From a bacterium (lineage in GTDB: Bacteria > Patescibacteriota > Minisyncoccia > Phycocordibacterales > CAIZIN01), in the NCBI GenBank assembly GCA_037131675.1, contig JBAXQO010000004.1:1-48990 (forward strand): DNA of 48,990 bases, given 5' to 3'. This document shows positions 17,914 to 27,925 of the stretch, piece by piece. Positions within the stretch are counted from its first letter, which is position 1. Each line of letters starts with the position of its first letter. The position numbers and the translations under genes were made by a program. Below the pieces are notes generated by a model. It did not search any database and was not told where the DNA came from. It was given only the letters and a program-made list of their open reading frames with translations.

Positions 17914-19773
17914 TTAAGGAAGGGATTTTATTCCGTCTTGAATTGTGACTACGGGAACATTTTTTAGTTTGAGATAGTCAACAACCTGATTAAAAATTGT
18001 CGGACTTATACTGTACTGAACACCACTGGTGTCAATTTGGTGGAAGCTAAGAATGAGCCATTCTTTTTTTGCGATTGCATTATCTATCCACTGCTCTGCT
18101 TTTGTTAAAGTAACAGTTGATTCCATTGACTGTCGTTCAAGTTGATATTTGTCTGAGGTGAGTGTTACATCTCCATCAATTGTTGCAGCTGCATCGCTAA
18201 ACCCATCACTTTTTACAAGATTTAATGTAGTGTTGTCATAATCTCCATATGGATAGGCAAACGAGTTGATTGGTCCCACATTTAGTGCGAGCAAATCATT
18301 TCGTGATCCTAAAATTTCTTTTTGTTGGTCTGCACTACTTAGTTGGGTAAGATATGGATGATCTTGTGTATGCGCGCCTATTTCATTTCCCGCGTTGTAT
18401 AGATCTTTTATTTGGGCAATACTCATATATCCAGAGAAACCATAATCCAAAAGCTGTTTACTTATAATGAAGAATGTTCCTTTTAAGCCTGCACTTTTTA
18501 GTTTAGGATATGCCACTTGATACTGTGACAGGGATCCATCATCGAAGCGTAGGGTTACCGCTCCGGTAGAAAATATTCCCTGATTTTGCTCTGGTGTTAA
18601 TGAAACATTGTCCATCGTGAGGAAACCAACTCCTTGAATGAGGTGAAATACACTCACGGCTTGCACACCGGTTGGTACTGAAAAAATTACAGATGTGTGT
18701 GTGAAGTTGCTAGCGGCTGGAAGAGCTTGAATATCTTTGTAGGTAAATGTTCCATTTGAATTTTGATACTGGAGAGTGATAAGACTTGGAATATTTGATA
18801 TGTAATCATCAGAATAGACATAGTTTCCTTGTGTAACAGCTATTGGATTGAAATACCATTTTGCATCACCTGATGTGTAGCTTGAAATACTCACTTTTAC
18901 TGCTTTACTGCCACTCACTCCAACTTCTGGGTAAGTGAATGTTCTAGTGTTTGTGCCCCAACCGCCTTTACCCCAAGAAAGTGGCAGCCCATTCGTACCA
19001 GACTGTTCGAATGCGGGGTTGGGTACAAGATTTCCAGAAACAGGTGTTGGTGGTTGAACAGTAGTTACTTCGCTAAGGGAGTATTCATCTGTTGTGAGGT
19101 TGCCAACACTGTTTATAAGATGAAATATTGTCATCGACTTTACATTTTGAGGTGCTGTAAATTGAACACTAACCTTTTTATATGAAGAACTTGGGTTTAT
19201 ATTAGAAACAAGTTCTGGATATGAAAATGATCCGTCGTTCATTGTGTAACGAGCGTCGATAATACTCTGTACGTCTGAGGTGTAATAATCAGAGAATTCG
19301 TATGTGGTGCCAGGAGTTACAGGAACATCGTCAAAATACCATTTTGCATCACCGCTTGTATAAGAGCTAATTGATATTTTTACAGCCTTGCTACTATTAT
19401 ATCCACTGACGGGATAGGTGAGTGAACGATCGTTTGTGCCATATCCTCCCTTGCTCCAATTGGTTGGAAGATTTGTTGTGCTTGAAGATTCTAAAGAATT
19501 ATTAATTATAAGGTTTGGTCCAAGAGAAGGAGTGGCTGTTGTCTGCTGTACAGGTGCGCTAAGTGAAGGAGTAAGTACGGTCTGTTGTATTGAGGGGGTA
19601 ATGAGCGATGGAGACAGGTCAACACTGGGAGATAAAATTCTTTGAGACCTTTTCACTTCTGGAGTTTGCGAACTTTCTCCGTTTGGTGTTTTTGCGGCTA
19701 GAGCAAGTGATGATGTTGAGAGTGAGATAATCACCATACAAGCTACTATCCATGAAGGCAATTTTTTTTTCAT
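17914..19773 (-). CDS. Secreted polysaccharide deacetylase (CE4/NodB) with two N-terminal CBM-like repeats
   Basis: Signal peptide MKKKLPS...ALA; duplicated W.KGG.GTN...SISSYTSGDAKWYF module; LRFDDG, HTQDH, FAYPYG, LSFH NodB motifs. Track start 19794; ATG 19773 preferred. Confidence 0.88.
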   Translation of the reverse strand: MKKKLPSWIVACMVIISLSTSSLALAAKTPNGESSQTPEVKRSQRILSPSVDLSPSLITPSIQQTVLTPSLSAPVQQTTATPSLGPNLIINNSLESSSTTNLPTNWSKGGYGTNDRSLTYPVSGYNSSKAVKISISSYTSGDAKWYFDDVPVTPGTTYEFSDYYTSDVQSIIDARYTMNDGSFSYPELVSNINPSSSYKKVSVQFTAPQNVKSMTIFHLINSVGNLTTDEYSLSEVTTVQPPTPVSGNLVPNPAFEQSGTNGLPLSWGKGGWGTNTRTFTYPEVGVSGSKAVKVSISSYTSGDAKWYFNPIAVTQGNYVYSDDYISNIPSLITLQYQNSNGTFTYKDIQALPAASNFTHTSVIFSVPTGVQAVSVFHLIQGVGFLTMDNVSLTPEQNQGIFSTGAVTLRFDDGSLSQYQVAYPKLKSAGLKGTFFIISKQLLDYGFSGYMSIAQIKDLYNAGNEIGAHTQDHPYLTQLSSADQQKEILGSRNDLLALNVGPINSFAYPYGDYDNTTLNLVKSDGFSDAAATIDGDVTLTSDKYQLERQSMESTVTLTKAEQWIDNAIAKKEWLILSFHQIDTSGVQYSISPTIFNQVVDYLKLKNVPVVTIQDGIKSLP

Positions 19774-19853
19774 GAGTGGTTTAAAAATTAGCAAACTTAT
19801 AATTAGTTATAATTGTAAATGAAGATCTGTGAATTTATGGTGAATATTAAAAT

Positions 19854-19882
19854 AAAAACCACGCCTTAGATGCGTGGTTTTT
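19854..19882 (-). terminator. Intrinsic terminator of the ECF/MacAB-like operon
   Basis: AAAAACCACGC-cttagat-GCGTGGTTTTT just past the 19900 stop. Confidence 0.75.
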
Positions 19883-19899
19883 AAGTTTGGGAAAGTTAT

Positions 19900-20331
19900 T
19901 TATTGTTGAGTGCTAGATGCGTTTGGTTGTGCTGGACGTATTTGGATTGTTTGAGCACTAAGACTACCGTCGGCATTTGGTGTGCCTAAGACAACAACTT
20001 GTTCGTTTGATGAAAGGTCATTAAATGTTCCGGGTACCGTTTTTGTAACGGGCGTATTTCCAGTAATCAAAACTATTCTTGAACCCCCATCACGTAGTTT
20101 GACTGTTAAACTTGTATTGTCTTTTGAAATGATTTCTCCCGTGACAGTATTTCCATTTAGAGTATTTCTACCCAAACCAGCTGGTCGGTTTCCATTGTTT
20201 TGTGAAAATTGCCCTCGTGCCTGATTTTGGTTTGCTGGAGTTTTATTTTGCGAGTAAAGGATCCCGCCATAAAACCCAACTCCTAGAATTATAATTCCAA
20301 CAAGGATAGTTATAATGTTTTTCTTATTCAT
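19900..20331 (-). CDS. DUF5666-like membrane-anchored OB-fold protein
   Basis: N-terminal TM; GEIISKDNTSLTVKLRDGGSRIV and V.VLG..NADGSL.A..I pattern. Confidence 0.65.
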   Translation of the reverse strand: MNKKNIITILVGIIILGVGFYGGILYSQNKTPANQNQARGQFSQNNGNRPAGLGRNTLNGNTVTGEIISKDNTSLTVKLRDGGSRIVLITGNTPVTKTVPGTFNDLSSNEQVVVLGTPNADGSLSAQTIQIRPAQPNASSTQQ

Positions 20332-20360
20332 TGTATTTTTATTTTAAAATTTTTATTAAT

Positions 20361-21581
20361 TTATTCATAACGCAATGCTTCGATTGGATTTAGTTTTGCT
20401 GCTCGTCTGGCAGGGTAGTAACCGAACACAATTCCTATTATAGTAGAAACGCTAAAGGCTAGAAGTATTGAAAACATGGATACTTGGGTTTGGAGAAGAC
20501 CGAAATATGTAATTGTAAAAGATATAATCCAACCAAGAATAATTCCAATAAGTCCGCCTGTAAATGTCAGCATTATTGCTTCTATTAGAAATTGTAGGCT
20601 GATGTCTTTGCTTTTTGCACCAATAGCTTTTCGAAGTCCAATTTCTCGTGTTCTTTCTGTAACCGTTGTAAGCATCATGTTCATAATTCCAATACCACCC
20701 ACAACTAAGGAAATTCCCGCAACAGACCCAAGAAGAATCGTGAATATTTGAGTAATACTTGATGCTGTTGCTGCCACATCAGATTGATTGAAGGTGCTGA
20801 AATCAGCTGTTTGTGTGGTTTTGTTGTGACGTTCAAGGAGGAGGTCTGTGATTTGTTGTTGGACGCTGGCAGTTGAGTTTGCGTCTTGAGCTGAAACACT
20901 TATTGTACTTACATATTGGTCTCCAGATAGGAATCTTTGGGATGTACTTATTGGAATGAATACTTGGTCATCCTGACTTCCGAAGCCAGATCCACCTTTT
21001 GGCAATGTAACTCCAATGATTTTAAATTCAATTTTATTTATGCGAATTTGTTGACCGACTGGATTTGACCCTGTTCCAAAAAGGTCATCTCTAACATTTG
21101 ATCCAAGTACAGCAACTTTACTTGCACTTTCAATATTTTGATCAGAAATAAATGAACCTTCGTTCACTGTAAGGTTTCTAACCGTTGGATATGCTGAAAC
21201 AGTACCTACAACTTGAGCATTTGTATTTTGTCCTTGTGCTGTCATTTGGTAGCGGCCATCTACTTCTGGGGCTATGCCCTTTATTCCTGTCACACCGGCC
21301 TGGATTGCATTTGAGTCAGCGAGAGTGATTGATTTAGCACTACCACGACCAGCACTTACGGCAACTCCAGGTCCTCTTTGTGCTCCTGGGGTAACAAGGA
21401 TTAGGTTTGAACCAATGGACTGAATGCTCGATTGAATTGAATTTTGAGCACCTTGTCCAATTGAAAGCATGGCAATAACTGAGCTTATACCGATTATGAT
21501 ACCTAGCATAGTGAGCCCTGAACGGACTTTGTTTGCCGATAGGGCAGTATATGTTTCGTGTAATATGTCGAATATTTTCAT
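20361..21581 (-). CDS. MacB/FtsX-like ABC transporter permease
   Basis: LTMLGIIIGISSV, GGIGIMNMMLTTVTERTREIGLRKAIGA, PARRAAKLNPIEALRYE. Confidence 0.93.
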   Translation of the reverse strand: MKIFDILHETYTALSANKVRSGLTMLGIIIGISSVIAMLSIGQGAQNSIQSSIQSIGSNLILVTPGAQRGPGVAVSAGRGSAKSITLADSNAIQAGVTGIKGIAPEVDGRYQMTAQGQNTNAQVVGTVSAYPTVRNLTVNEGSFISDQNIESASKVAVLGSNVRDDLFGTGSNPVGQQIRINKIEFKIIGVTLPKGGSGFGSQDDQVFIPISTSQRFLSGDQYVSTISVSAQDANSTASVQQQITDLLLERHNKTTQTADFSTFNQSDVAATASSITQIFTILLGSVAGISLVVGGIGIMNMMLTTVTERTREIGLRKAIGAKSKDISLQFLIEAIMLTFTGGLIGIILGWIISFTITYFGLLQTQVSMFSILLAFSVSTIIGIVFGYYPARRAAKLNPIEALRYE

Positions 21582-21582
21582 A

Positions 21583-22290
21583 TTAATTATGTCGAGCTAC
21601 TCTCTTATTATTGTTTTTCTTATCTTCGACAATAAGACCGTCTCTGATAAAAATAATTCTATCGGCATGTTCTGCTACGTCTGGTTCATGGGTGATCAGA
21701 ATAATAGTCCTACCTTGTTCTTCGTTGAGTCTTTGAAATGTTCCAAGTACTATTTCACCAGTTTTTGAATTTAGGTTACCAGTCGGCTCATCTGCGAGAA
21801 TGAGGGATGGATTATTAACAAGTGCTCGAGAGATTGCGACTCTTTGAATTTGTCCTCCAGAAAGTTGGTTCGAGAGGTGGTCGAAATGAGACTCGTCTAA
21901 ACCTGAAGCTAGGAGGGCTTTTTTGGCTCGTTCCTCTCGTTCTTTTTCTTCTACTCCAGAGTACACAAGCGGAAGCATTGTGTTTCGAAGTACTGTGGTG
22001 CGGGGGAGTAGGTTAAATGATTGGAAAACAAAACCAATTTTATCAGCTCGTATATCCGCAAGTTGATCGTCTGTTAGTGTTGAAACATCTTTTCCGTCTA
22101 GAAAATATGTTCCACTAGTAGGAGTATCGAGTGCTCCAAGTATGTGCATGAGAGTTGATTTACCTGAACCTGAGGGTCCCATGATTGCTATGAACTCTCC
22201 ATCTTCCACGTTGAAAGTCACTCCTTTGAGCGCTTGAAAAGCGTTTTCCCCAGAGTCATATGTTTTTGTTATGTTTTTAACTTCAATCAT
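21583..22290 (-). CDS. MacB/LolD-like ABC ATP-binding protein
   Basis: GPSGSGKST, GFVFQSFNLL, LSGGQIQRV, ADEPTGNL. Confidence 0.93.
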   Translation of the reverse strand: MIEVKNITKTYDSGENAFQALKGVTFNVEDGEFIAIMGPSGSGKSTLMHILGALDTPTSGTYFLDGKDVSTLTDDQLADIRADKIGFVFQSFNLLPRTTVLRNTMLPLVYSGVEEKEREERAKKALLASGLDESHFDHLSNQLSGGQIQRVAISRALVNNPSLILADEPTGNLNSKTGEIVLGTFQRLNEEQGRTIILITHEPDVAEHADRIIFIRDGLIVEDKKNNNKRVARHN

Positions 22291-22295
22291 ATTTT

Positions 22296-23921
22296 TTAAC
22301 GACCTCCTGTACGTATTACACTATTTCCGCCTCCACCTAATAGACTTGGTGTTGTAGATTTTGTTGTAGCTGTTGTGGCTGTTGTGGCTGTGACTGTTTT
22401 CGTGATAATTTTATCTCCTTCTTGTAGACCTGAAATTATTTCTGTTGATGTATCATCTGAAATTCCTACTTGAACTTCTTGTTGGGTTGGGGTTGTTGAA
22501 AGGTTTACTCCTTGACTGTTTGTTGTTGCTGTATTTTTGTCTACAACATCTACATAATGTGTTCCGTTTTGTATTTTGACTGCACTATTTGGCACTGTGA
22601 TAACATCTTGTTTCGCTTCTGTTATAATTGCAGCACTTACGCTCATTCCTGATTTTACACGGTCATCTTGTGTATCGAAATTAATTTTTACACTGTAGTT
22701 TACTACTCCTTGTGTAACTGTTCCTACAAGGTCAACCTCTGCGACCTTACCAGAAATAGAAAGTCCGTCTATGGCGTCAAATGTAAGAGTAGCTTGCTGA
22801 CCGACTTTAACTTTTGCAACATCAACTTCATTTAAGGTTACTTCGGCTATTTTTTGTTTAGTTATAAAAGTTCCAATATTTGTTCCGTTGCTTACTGTGG
22901 TTGCTTTATTTACGTTTAGTTGGGCAAGTACTCCGTCAAATGGTGCCCGAATAGAGGTGTCATCATAGGCTTGTTGTTTTTGCTGAATGCTTAGTTGTTG
23001 AGACTGTAGGTCGTATTTGTCTGGTCCTTGTTGTAATTTATCAAGTGATGAGGTTAACTCCTCTATATTTGTACGTGCCGAAAGCAAATTTGAAAGGTCT
23101 GTATTCATTTTGTTTGTCCATGAAATCAGATTATTATCTGCTGTTGTTTCGTCATTTGTATTTTTTGTTGCCTGTTGATTGTTGATATATTCAACGGCAT
23201 TCTTTGAATCTTTGATCGATTCATTCAAAGTTTTTACAGTATTGTAAGTCTGATCAATGAGAGACTGAATGCTTTGAGTTGTGCTGGTTCGTGTTGTATT
23301 TTGGTAGGAAACTATATTTGCATCATACATTTTTTTTGCAGCATCATAATTTACTCCGGCAGCATTTCGATTTGCTTTTGAAGTATCACTCAAACTCTGA
23401 ATCTTTTGGTCGCTTAGATAACCTCCAGATGTATAAAATAGATCATGCATACCGTTTATAATGTCTGGAAAATCAAGGAATGTGTTTACAACGGTATTAA
23501 AACCTGTGTCATAAGCTTTGGCGAGAGAATTTTGTGTTTGAAGAAGGGTTGTTTTGTCTGTCGGTTCTGTAAGTTTTTGTAAAGAAATATTTGCGTTTTC
23601 AAGATCGATTTGTGCGTTGTGTGGATCAACTTGTGCGATAAGGTCTCCTTCTTTTAGTTCTTGTCCAACAGTTGCATTTATGGAAATAATATTTCCAGAA
23701 GCCTTACTTTGAAGTGTGATTTGGTTTGAAGCAGATACCTGCCCGCTACCAGAAACAGAAGACACCAGTGTTCCTTTTTTAACTTCCGCAATCACATACT
23801 TAGGTGTAGTTGCTGTTGGGTTTTTCCATTTATAAATTTCGTAACCACCCCCAATAACAATCAACAGGAGAATTCCGCTAATAATTTTATGACTTAGTAT
23901 GTAATTTTTTATTGTGTGCAT
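22296..23921 (-). CDS. MacA-like periplasmic adaptor (membrane fusion protein) with long coiled coil
   Basis: VSSVSGSGQV, IRAPFDGVL, LNEVDVAKVKVGQ, VKSGMSVSA, VQVGISDD. Confidence 0.88.
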   Translation of the reverse strand: MHTIKNYILSHKIISGILLLIVIGGGYEIYKWKNPTATTPKYVIAEVKKGTLVSSVSGSGQVSASNQITLQSKASGNIISINATVGQELKEGDLIAQVDPHNAQIDLENANISLQKLTEPTDKTTLLQTQNSLAKAYDTGFNTVVNTFLDFPDIINGMHDLFYTSGGYLSDQKIQSLSDTSKANRNAAGVNYDAAKKMYDANIVSYQNTTRTSTTQSIQSLIDQTYNTVKTLNESIKDSKNAVEYINNQQATKNTNDETTADNNLISWTNKMNTDLSNLLSARTNIEELTSSLDKLQQGPDKYDLQSQQLSIQQKQQAYDDTSIRAPFDGVLAQLNVNKATTVSNGTNIGTFITKQKIAEVTLNEVDVAKVKVGQQATLTFDAIDGLSISGKVAEVDLVGTVTQGVVNYSVKINFDTQDDRVKSGMSVSAAIITEAKQDVITVPNSAVKIQNGTHYVDVVDKNTATTNSQGVNLSTTPTQQEVQVGISDDTSTEIISGLQEGDKIITKTVTATTATTATTKSTTPSLLGGGGNSVIRTGGR

Positions 23922-23942
23922 GATGAAATTATGATTATAATA

Positions 23943-24431
23943 TTATTTTTTTTGTGAAGGTTTTGGGTTGGTTGAAGTGGAGGATATATCGCTGGGTGGG
24001 GGAGGAAGTACTCTTATGAGCTTTGCTTCTATCTCTGACTTATCATTTGATGAACCTAACACAACTATGTGATCACCAATTTTCAAATCATTGATTGATA
24101 TGTTATTTCTGAATTCACGAATTATTGTATCGTCAGTAACTCTTATGTTTTTTTCTAGGTTTTCAGGTGTTGCAACAATGATTGTGGTTGAGGCTATATT
24201 AACAATCTTTCCAACAGCCCCACTCCCATTTGTAAAGTCTTTATCAAAAAATGAAAATGGTGATTCTAGATGATTCCCTTCAAAAGTCTGGTAGTATCTA
24301 TCACCAAATCTGAAAGAAAATTCTGCTTTCCTATAACCAACTAACACACCTAATTCAAAAATCATTAAAGCAATGACGAGTCTGGCTACTATAGTTAAAA
24401 TTTTTTTTGATTGGGGAGAGATATTTTTCAT
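23943..24431 (-). CDS. DUF5666-like membrane-anchored protein
   Basis: N-terminal TM; GAVGKIVNI...LKIGDHIVVLG...IEAKLIRV. Confidence 0.6.
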   Translation of the reverse strand: MKNISPQSKKILTIVARLVIALMIFELGVLVGYRKAEFSFRFGDRYYQTFEGNHLESPFSFFDKDFTNGSGAVGKIVNIASTTIIVATPENLEKNIRVTDDTIIREFRNNISINDLKIGDHIVVLGSSNDKSEIEAKLIRVLPPPPSDISSTSTNPKPSQKK

Positions 24432-24438
24432 ATATTAT

Positions 24439-24846
24439 TTAAGCATGAGTAACTAATGCAATACGTGCATCTTTGATTGCTCTTGCGGTTGACCACATGA
24501 GCATGCCAACAGCTGATAAAAAGGCTATGAGTGCAATTAATGGGAGAGATTCTACGAGTGATAAGGTAAACTCTTTCCAATATTGTACCAATAATGTCGG
24601 GTCAGAAAAAGCAAATGAAACATATTCATAAAAACCTGTCTGGGTAATATTGTGCCACAAAGCTATTCCGGCTTCATAGAGCGCCACACAAGAACTTCCG
24701 GCAAGTATGCTCTGTCCCGCAAAACTAAGTTGAGCTCTCTTTTTTTGCTCAATCATTATTTTAGCGAGGATTAGTCCGGACAGCTCCTTCGGAGGCTCTT
24801 GTGTGAAAAGCTTTTCAAACAATTCTTTATTATAATGTTTGCTCAT
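24439..24846 (-). CDS. Putative membrane anti-sigma factor
   Basis: Short cytoplasmic N-terminus (QEPPKEL...I) plus two TM segments, directly downstream of an ECF sigma. Confidence 0.55.
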   Translation of the reverse strand: MSKHYNKELFEKLFTQEPPKELSGLILAKIMIEQKKRAQLSFAGQSILAGSSCVALYEAGIALWHNITQTGFYEYVSFAFSDPTLLVQYWKEFTLSLVESLPLIALIAFLSAVGMLMWSTARAIKDARIALVTHA

Positions 24847-24870
24847 ACCTTGTTTATACGAGGGTTGGCC

Positions 24871-25434
24871 TTATTTTGGTGCATTTTGGAGGTATAAACG
24901 CAGTTTCAGAATCCCTCGACGATAAGTGCTTTTAACTGTGTTTGTGGGTTTTTTTAGTATATCCGAGATATCCTCAAATGTGAGACTTTCGCTTAGGTGC
25001 ATTAATAGTATAGTTTTTTGTTCAATGGAAATATGTGTAAGTGCTTCTTGAAGTGTTTTCTCTATTTCTTTTCTTTCGAATATTTCATCTGGGAGTGCTT
25101 CTATATCAACAAGACTATCTTCAAAAGAGTCTCCGTCTTCTTTGTCGAAATCAGAAAATACATAAGATCTTTTTTTTCTTAGCCAGTCTATTGTTGTGTT
25201 CCGTGCGATACTTATAATCCAAGTGTTAAAAGCAAAACGTTTATTGTATTTTTTTAAATTTTTCCACACTTTTACGAAGGTGTCCTGTGTAATATCTTGT
25301 GCCGCCTCAGCTTCTCCTGTGAGGCGATAAATAAAATTATATATACGAGAAATATGTCGTGTCACAAGCATTTCAAATGCAGTGTTGTCACCAGAAAGTG
25401 AATCTTCAATAAGTTGTGAATCTGTCAGTTCCAT
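24871..25434 (-). CDS. ECF RNA polymerase sigma factor
   Basis: GDNTAFEMLV, AQDITQDTFVKVW, FNTWIISIARNTTIDWLRKK, TVKSTYRRG. Confidence 0.93.
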   Translation of the reverse strand: MELTDSQLIEDSLSGDNTAFEMLVTRHISRIYNFIYRLTGEAEAAQDITQDTFVKVWKNLKKYNKRFAFNTWIISIARNTTIDWLRKKRSYVFSDFDKEDGDSFEDSLVDIEALPDEIFERKEIEKTLQEALTHISIEQKTILLMHLSESLTFEDISDILKKPTNTVKSTYRRGILKLRLYLQNAPK

Positions 25435-25437
25435 TGA

Positions 25438-25950
25438 TTATAAGTATCTGTTTTTTGAATGTTCAACATTGAGTTGGTATTCAGCCTCTTTTGCTAGCTC
25501 AAGAAACGTATCAAGTTCAGAGGTTGTCATTTTACGAGGTTTGTAATCTTTCAAGCAAAAAACCCCGATAGGTAGGCCTGTTTTTTTATGTCTTAAACTT
25601 ATGCCAGCATAAAAGCGAATAGGCGGATGTGCTTTTACATATGGATTATTTATAAAACGTGAATCCAAAAAAGTGTCTTCTACGATAAACATATCTTCTG
25701 CAAGTAGTGCGTGTCCACAAAAGGATATATCTCTGGGTCCTTGAGTCTGTTTTAATCCTTGTTGTGATTTAAACCATTCTCGGTCTGAATCGATGATTGT
25801 TATTGTGGATATGGGAACTTGGAATTTTTCCAAAGCCGTTTTTGTTATATTGTCAAAACGCTCTTCAGGTTTTGTGTCTAAAATATTGAGTGTCTTAACT
25901 ATGTTGAGACGGTCTTGTTCTTGGGAGTTTTCCACATTTTTTTGTGTCAT
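25438..25950 (-). CDS. Stand-alone GAF-domain protein
   Basis: LDTKPEERFDNIT, ISFCGHAL, DSRFINNPYV, IRFYAG, PIGVFCLKD.KPR. Confidence 0.88.
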   Translation of the reverse strand: MTQKNVENSQEQDRLNIVKTLNILDTKPEERFDNITKTALEKFQVPISTITIIDSDREWFKSQQGLKQTQGPRDISFCGHALLAEDMFIVEDTFLDSRFINNPYVKAHPPIRFYAGISLRHKKTGLPIGVFCLKDYKPRKMTTSELDTFLELAKEAEYQLNVEHSKNRYL

Positions 25951-26085
25951 ATTTCTTGGTAGATAGGCAATTAATTAAAAATTAATTTTTAAATTCGTGC
26001 ACTATATTTTGTTTTTGTGTATTTTCGAAAACTGAATTCGTATGTCCTTAATCCTATGCTTACTCAGTATTGTTGTAAAGGAAGA

Positions 26086-26733
26086 TTATTTTGTTTTATG
26101 AAGAACGATTAGTTGCCGTGGTGTAAGCTCTGGTATTTGTATAGGAATAATTTCTTTTATATTAACTTTGAAAACTTTCAGTTTGGATTTTGTCTCTTCC
26201 AGCTCTGTTTCATTCAAATTTTTCATAGCAATAAATAGACCATCTTCATGAATAAGTGGGGTACAGTATTCTAAGAGTTTAGGAAGAAATGCAACTGCTC
26301 GTGCTGTGGCCACATCAAATTTTTCCTTAAATTTATTTTCTTTTGCTAAAGTTTCAGCTCGGACATATTCAATATGAACACGTTTTAGATTGAGAACTTC
26401 AATCATTTTTTTAATGAAAGCAGCTTTTTTTCCAGTAGATTCTACCATTGTCACTTCAATATCTGGTCTGGCAATAGCTATAGGTAGTCCTGGAAAGCCT
26501 GCTCCGGAACCTATATCAATTAAAGTTTTTGTTTTTTCTGGAAGAGCTTTGATAAGTGTTAGAGAGTCAAGAAAATGTTTTAGGTACACACCGTTAATAT
26601 CACGAATGGCTGTGAGATTTGTTATTTTGTTTGTCTCAAGAAGTTCTTGGGCTAATAAGGAAAATTGCTCAAGCTGTTTGACAGAAAGTTTTATTCCTAT
26701 GTGTGTTAATACTAGCTCTTTGAAATTTTCCAT
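26086..26733 (-). CDS. rsmG: 16S rRNA m7G527 methyltransferase
   Basis: NLTAIRD...KHFLDSL, DIGSGAGFPGLP, RAETL, TARAVA. Confidence 0.95.
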   Translation of the reverse strand: MENFKELVLTHIGIKLSVKQLEQFSLLAQELLETNKITNLTAIRDINGVYLKHFLDSLTLIKALPEKTKTLIDIGSGAGFPGLPIAIARPDIEVTMVESTGKKAAFIKKMIEVLNLKRVHIEYVRAETLAKENKFKEKFDVATARAVAFLPKLLEYCTPLIHEDGLFIAMKNLNETELEETKSKLKVFKVNIKEIIPIQIPELTPRQLIVLHKTK

Positions 26734-26799
26734 ATGGCGATTATAGCATAGGTTTTTATAGAATAGACGAGGTCTGTTTTTCGAGGTAGATTAGATGGT

Positions 26800-27555
26800 A
26801 TGAAAAAAGAAACTACCTCATGGGGAGGCGTATCAGATTGGTATGATGATGTTGTTGAAAATGCAGATAGTTACCAACAGAAAATTATCCTTCCAAATTT
26901 AATTCGTATAGTTGAACCCAAGAAATATATGAATATTTTGGACGTAGGTTGTGGTACTGGAGTTTTTGCTAGAGCTTTTTGTGAAAAGGGTGCGAGCATC
27001 GTAGGTATTGACCTGGGAAAAGAACTTATAGATATTGCAAAAGAAAAATCTAAAGATGTTCAATATCTTGTTGCTTCAGCTGAAGACCTTTCCTTATTAA
27101 AAAATGAAAGTTTTGATGTAGTTACTATTGTGCTCGCTCTTCAGAATATGAAATTTTTGGATAAGGTGATGGGGGAGGTTTCTAAAAAAATGAAGAAAGG
27201 TGGGAGGTTGGTTGTGGTTTTAAACCATCCAGCTTTTCGTGTCCCACAAATGAGTGATTGGTACTTTGACGAAAGACTTAAAATCCAATACCGAAAAGTT
27301 GCAAAATACATGAGTGAAATTGAAGTTCCTATCTTGATGAATCCAAGCAATAAAAAAAGTGAAAAAACATATTCATTTCACAGACCTCTTCAGGTGTATG
27401 TTAAATCATTCGCAAAAAATAATTTATATATAACCAGACTAGAGGAGTGGGTTTCTCATAAACAGAGTCAGGCTGGTCCCAGGAAAAATGCAGAGGACAA
27501 GGCGCGAAAAGAGATACCGATGTTTATGTGTCTGGAGTGTAGGAAGGTGATTTAA
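26800..27555 (+). CDS. Class I SAM-dependent methyltransferase
   Basis: ILDVGCGTG, VGIDLG, FDVVTIVLAL, LNHPAF. Confidence 0.85.
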   Translation: MKKETTSWGGVSDWYDDVVENADSYQQKIILPNLIRIVEPKKYMNILDVGCGTGVFARAFCEKGASIVGIDLGKELIDIAKEKSKDVQYLVASAEDLSLLKNESFDVVTIVLALQNMKFLDKVMGEVSKKMKKGGRLVVVLNHPAFRVPQMSDWYFDERLKIQYRKVAKYMSEIEVPILMNPSNKKSEKTYSFHRPLQVYVKSFAKNNLYITRLEEWVSHKQSQAGPRKNAEDKARKEIPMFMCLECRKVI

Positions 27556-27676
27556 TTATATAAACTATTCGCCAGTGTGGGTTTTTGAGAGACACGAAAA
27601 AAAGTTGTAATTATATAGAAAAATAGGCTTAAATAAGTACTTGTCTTGGTTGGGTATGGCGAGTACAATGGGTTTT

Positions 27677-27919
27677 ATGGTTCTTATTGTTTATACAAAA
27701 AAGGGGTGTTGGTGGTGCGATGACTTACTTTCTTTTTTGCGTGCCAAATCCATCCCATTTGAAGAACGAGAAGTATTGAGTGATCCGACATATTTTAAAG
27801 AAATGGTTGAACTTTCCGGACAAACAAAAGCTCCTACAGTACTGATTGATGGCAAGGTCTATGCTGATACTGACAAAGAGGAGATTGAACCAATTTTAAA
27901 AACTTATACGTATAAATAA
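27677..27919 (+). CDS. Glutaredoxin-family protein (CWWC)
   Basis: IVYTKKGCWWC...SGQTKAPTVLIDG. Start uncertain (27641/27656/27668/27677). Confidence 0.8.
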   Translation: MVLIVYTKKGCWWCDDLLSFLRAKSIPFEEREVLSDPTYFKEMVELSGQTKAPTVLIDGKVYADTDKEEIEPILKTYTYK

Positions 27920-27925
27920 AACATT

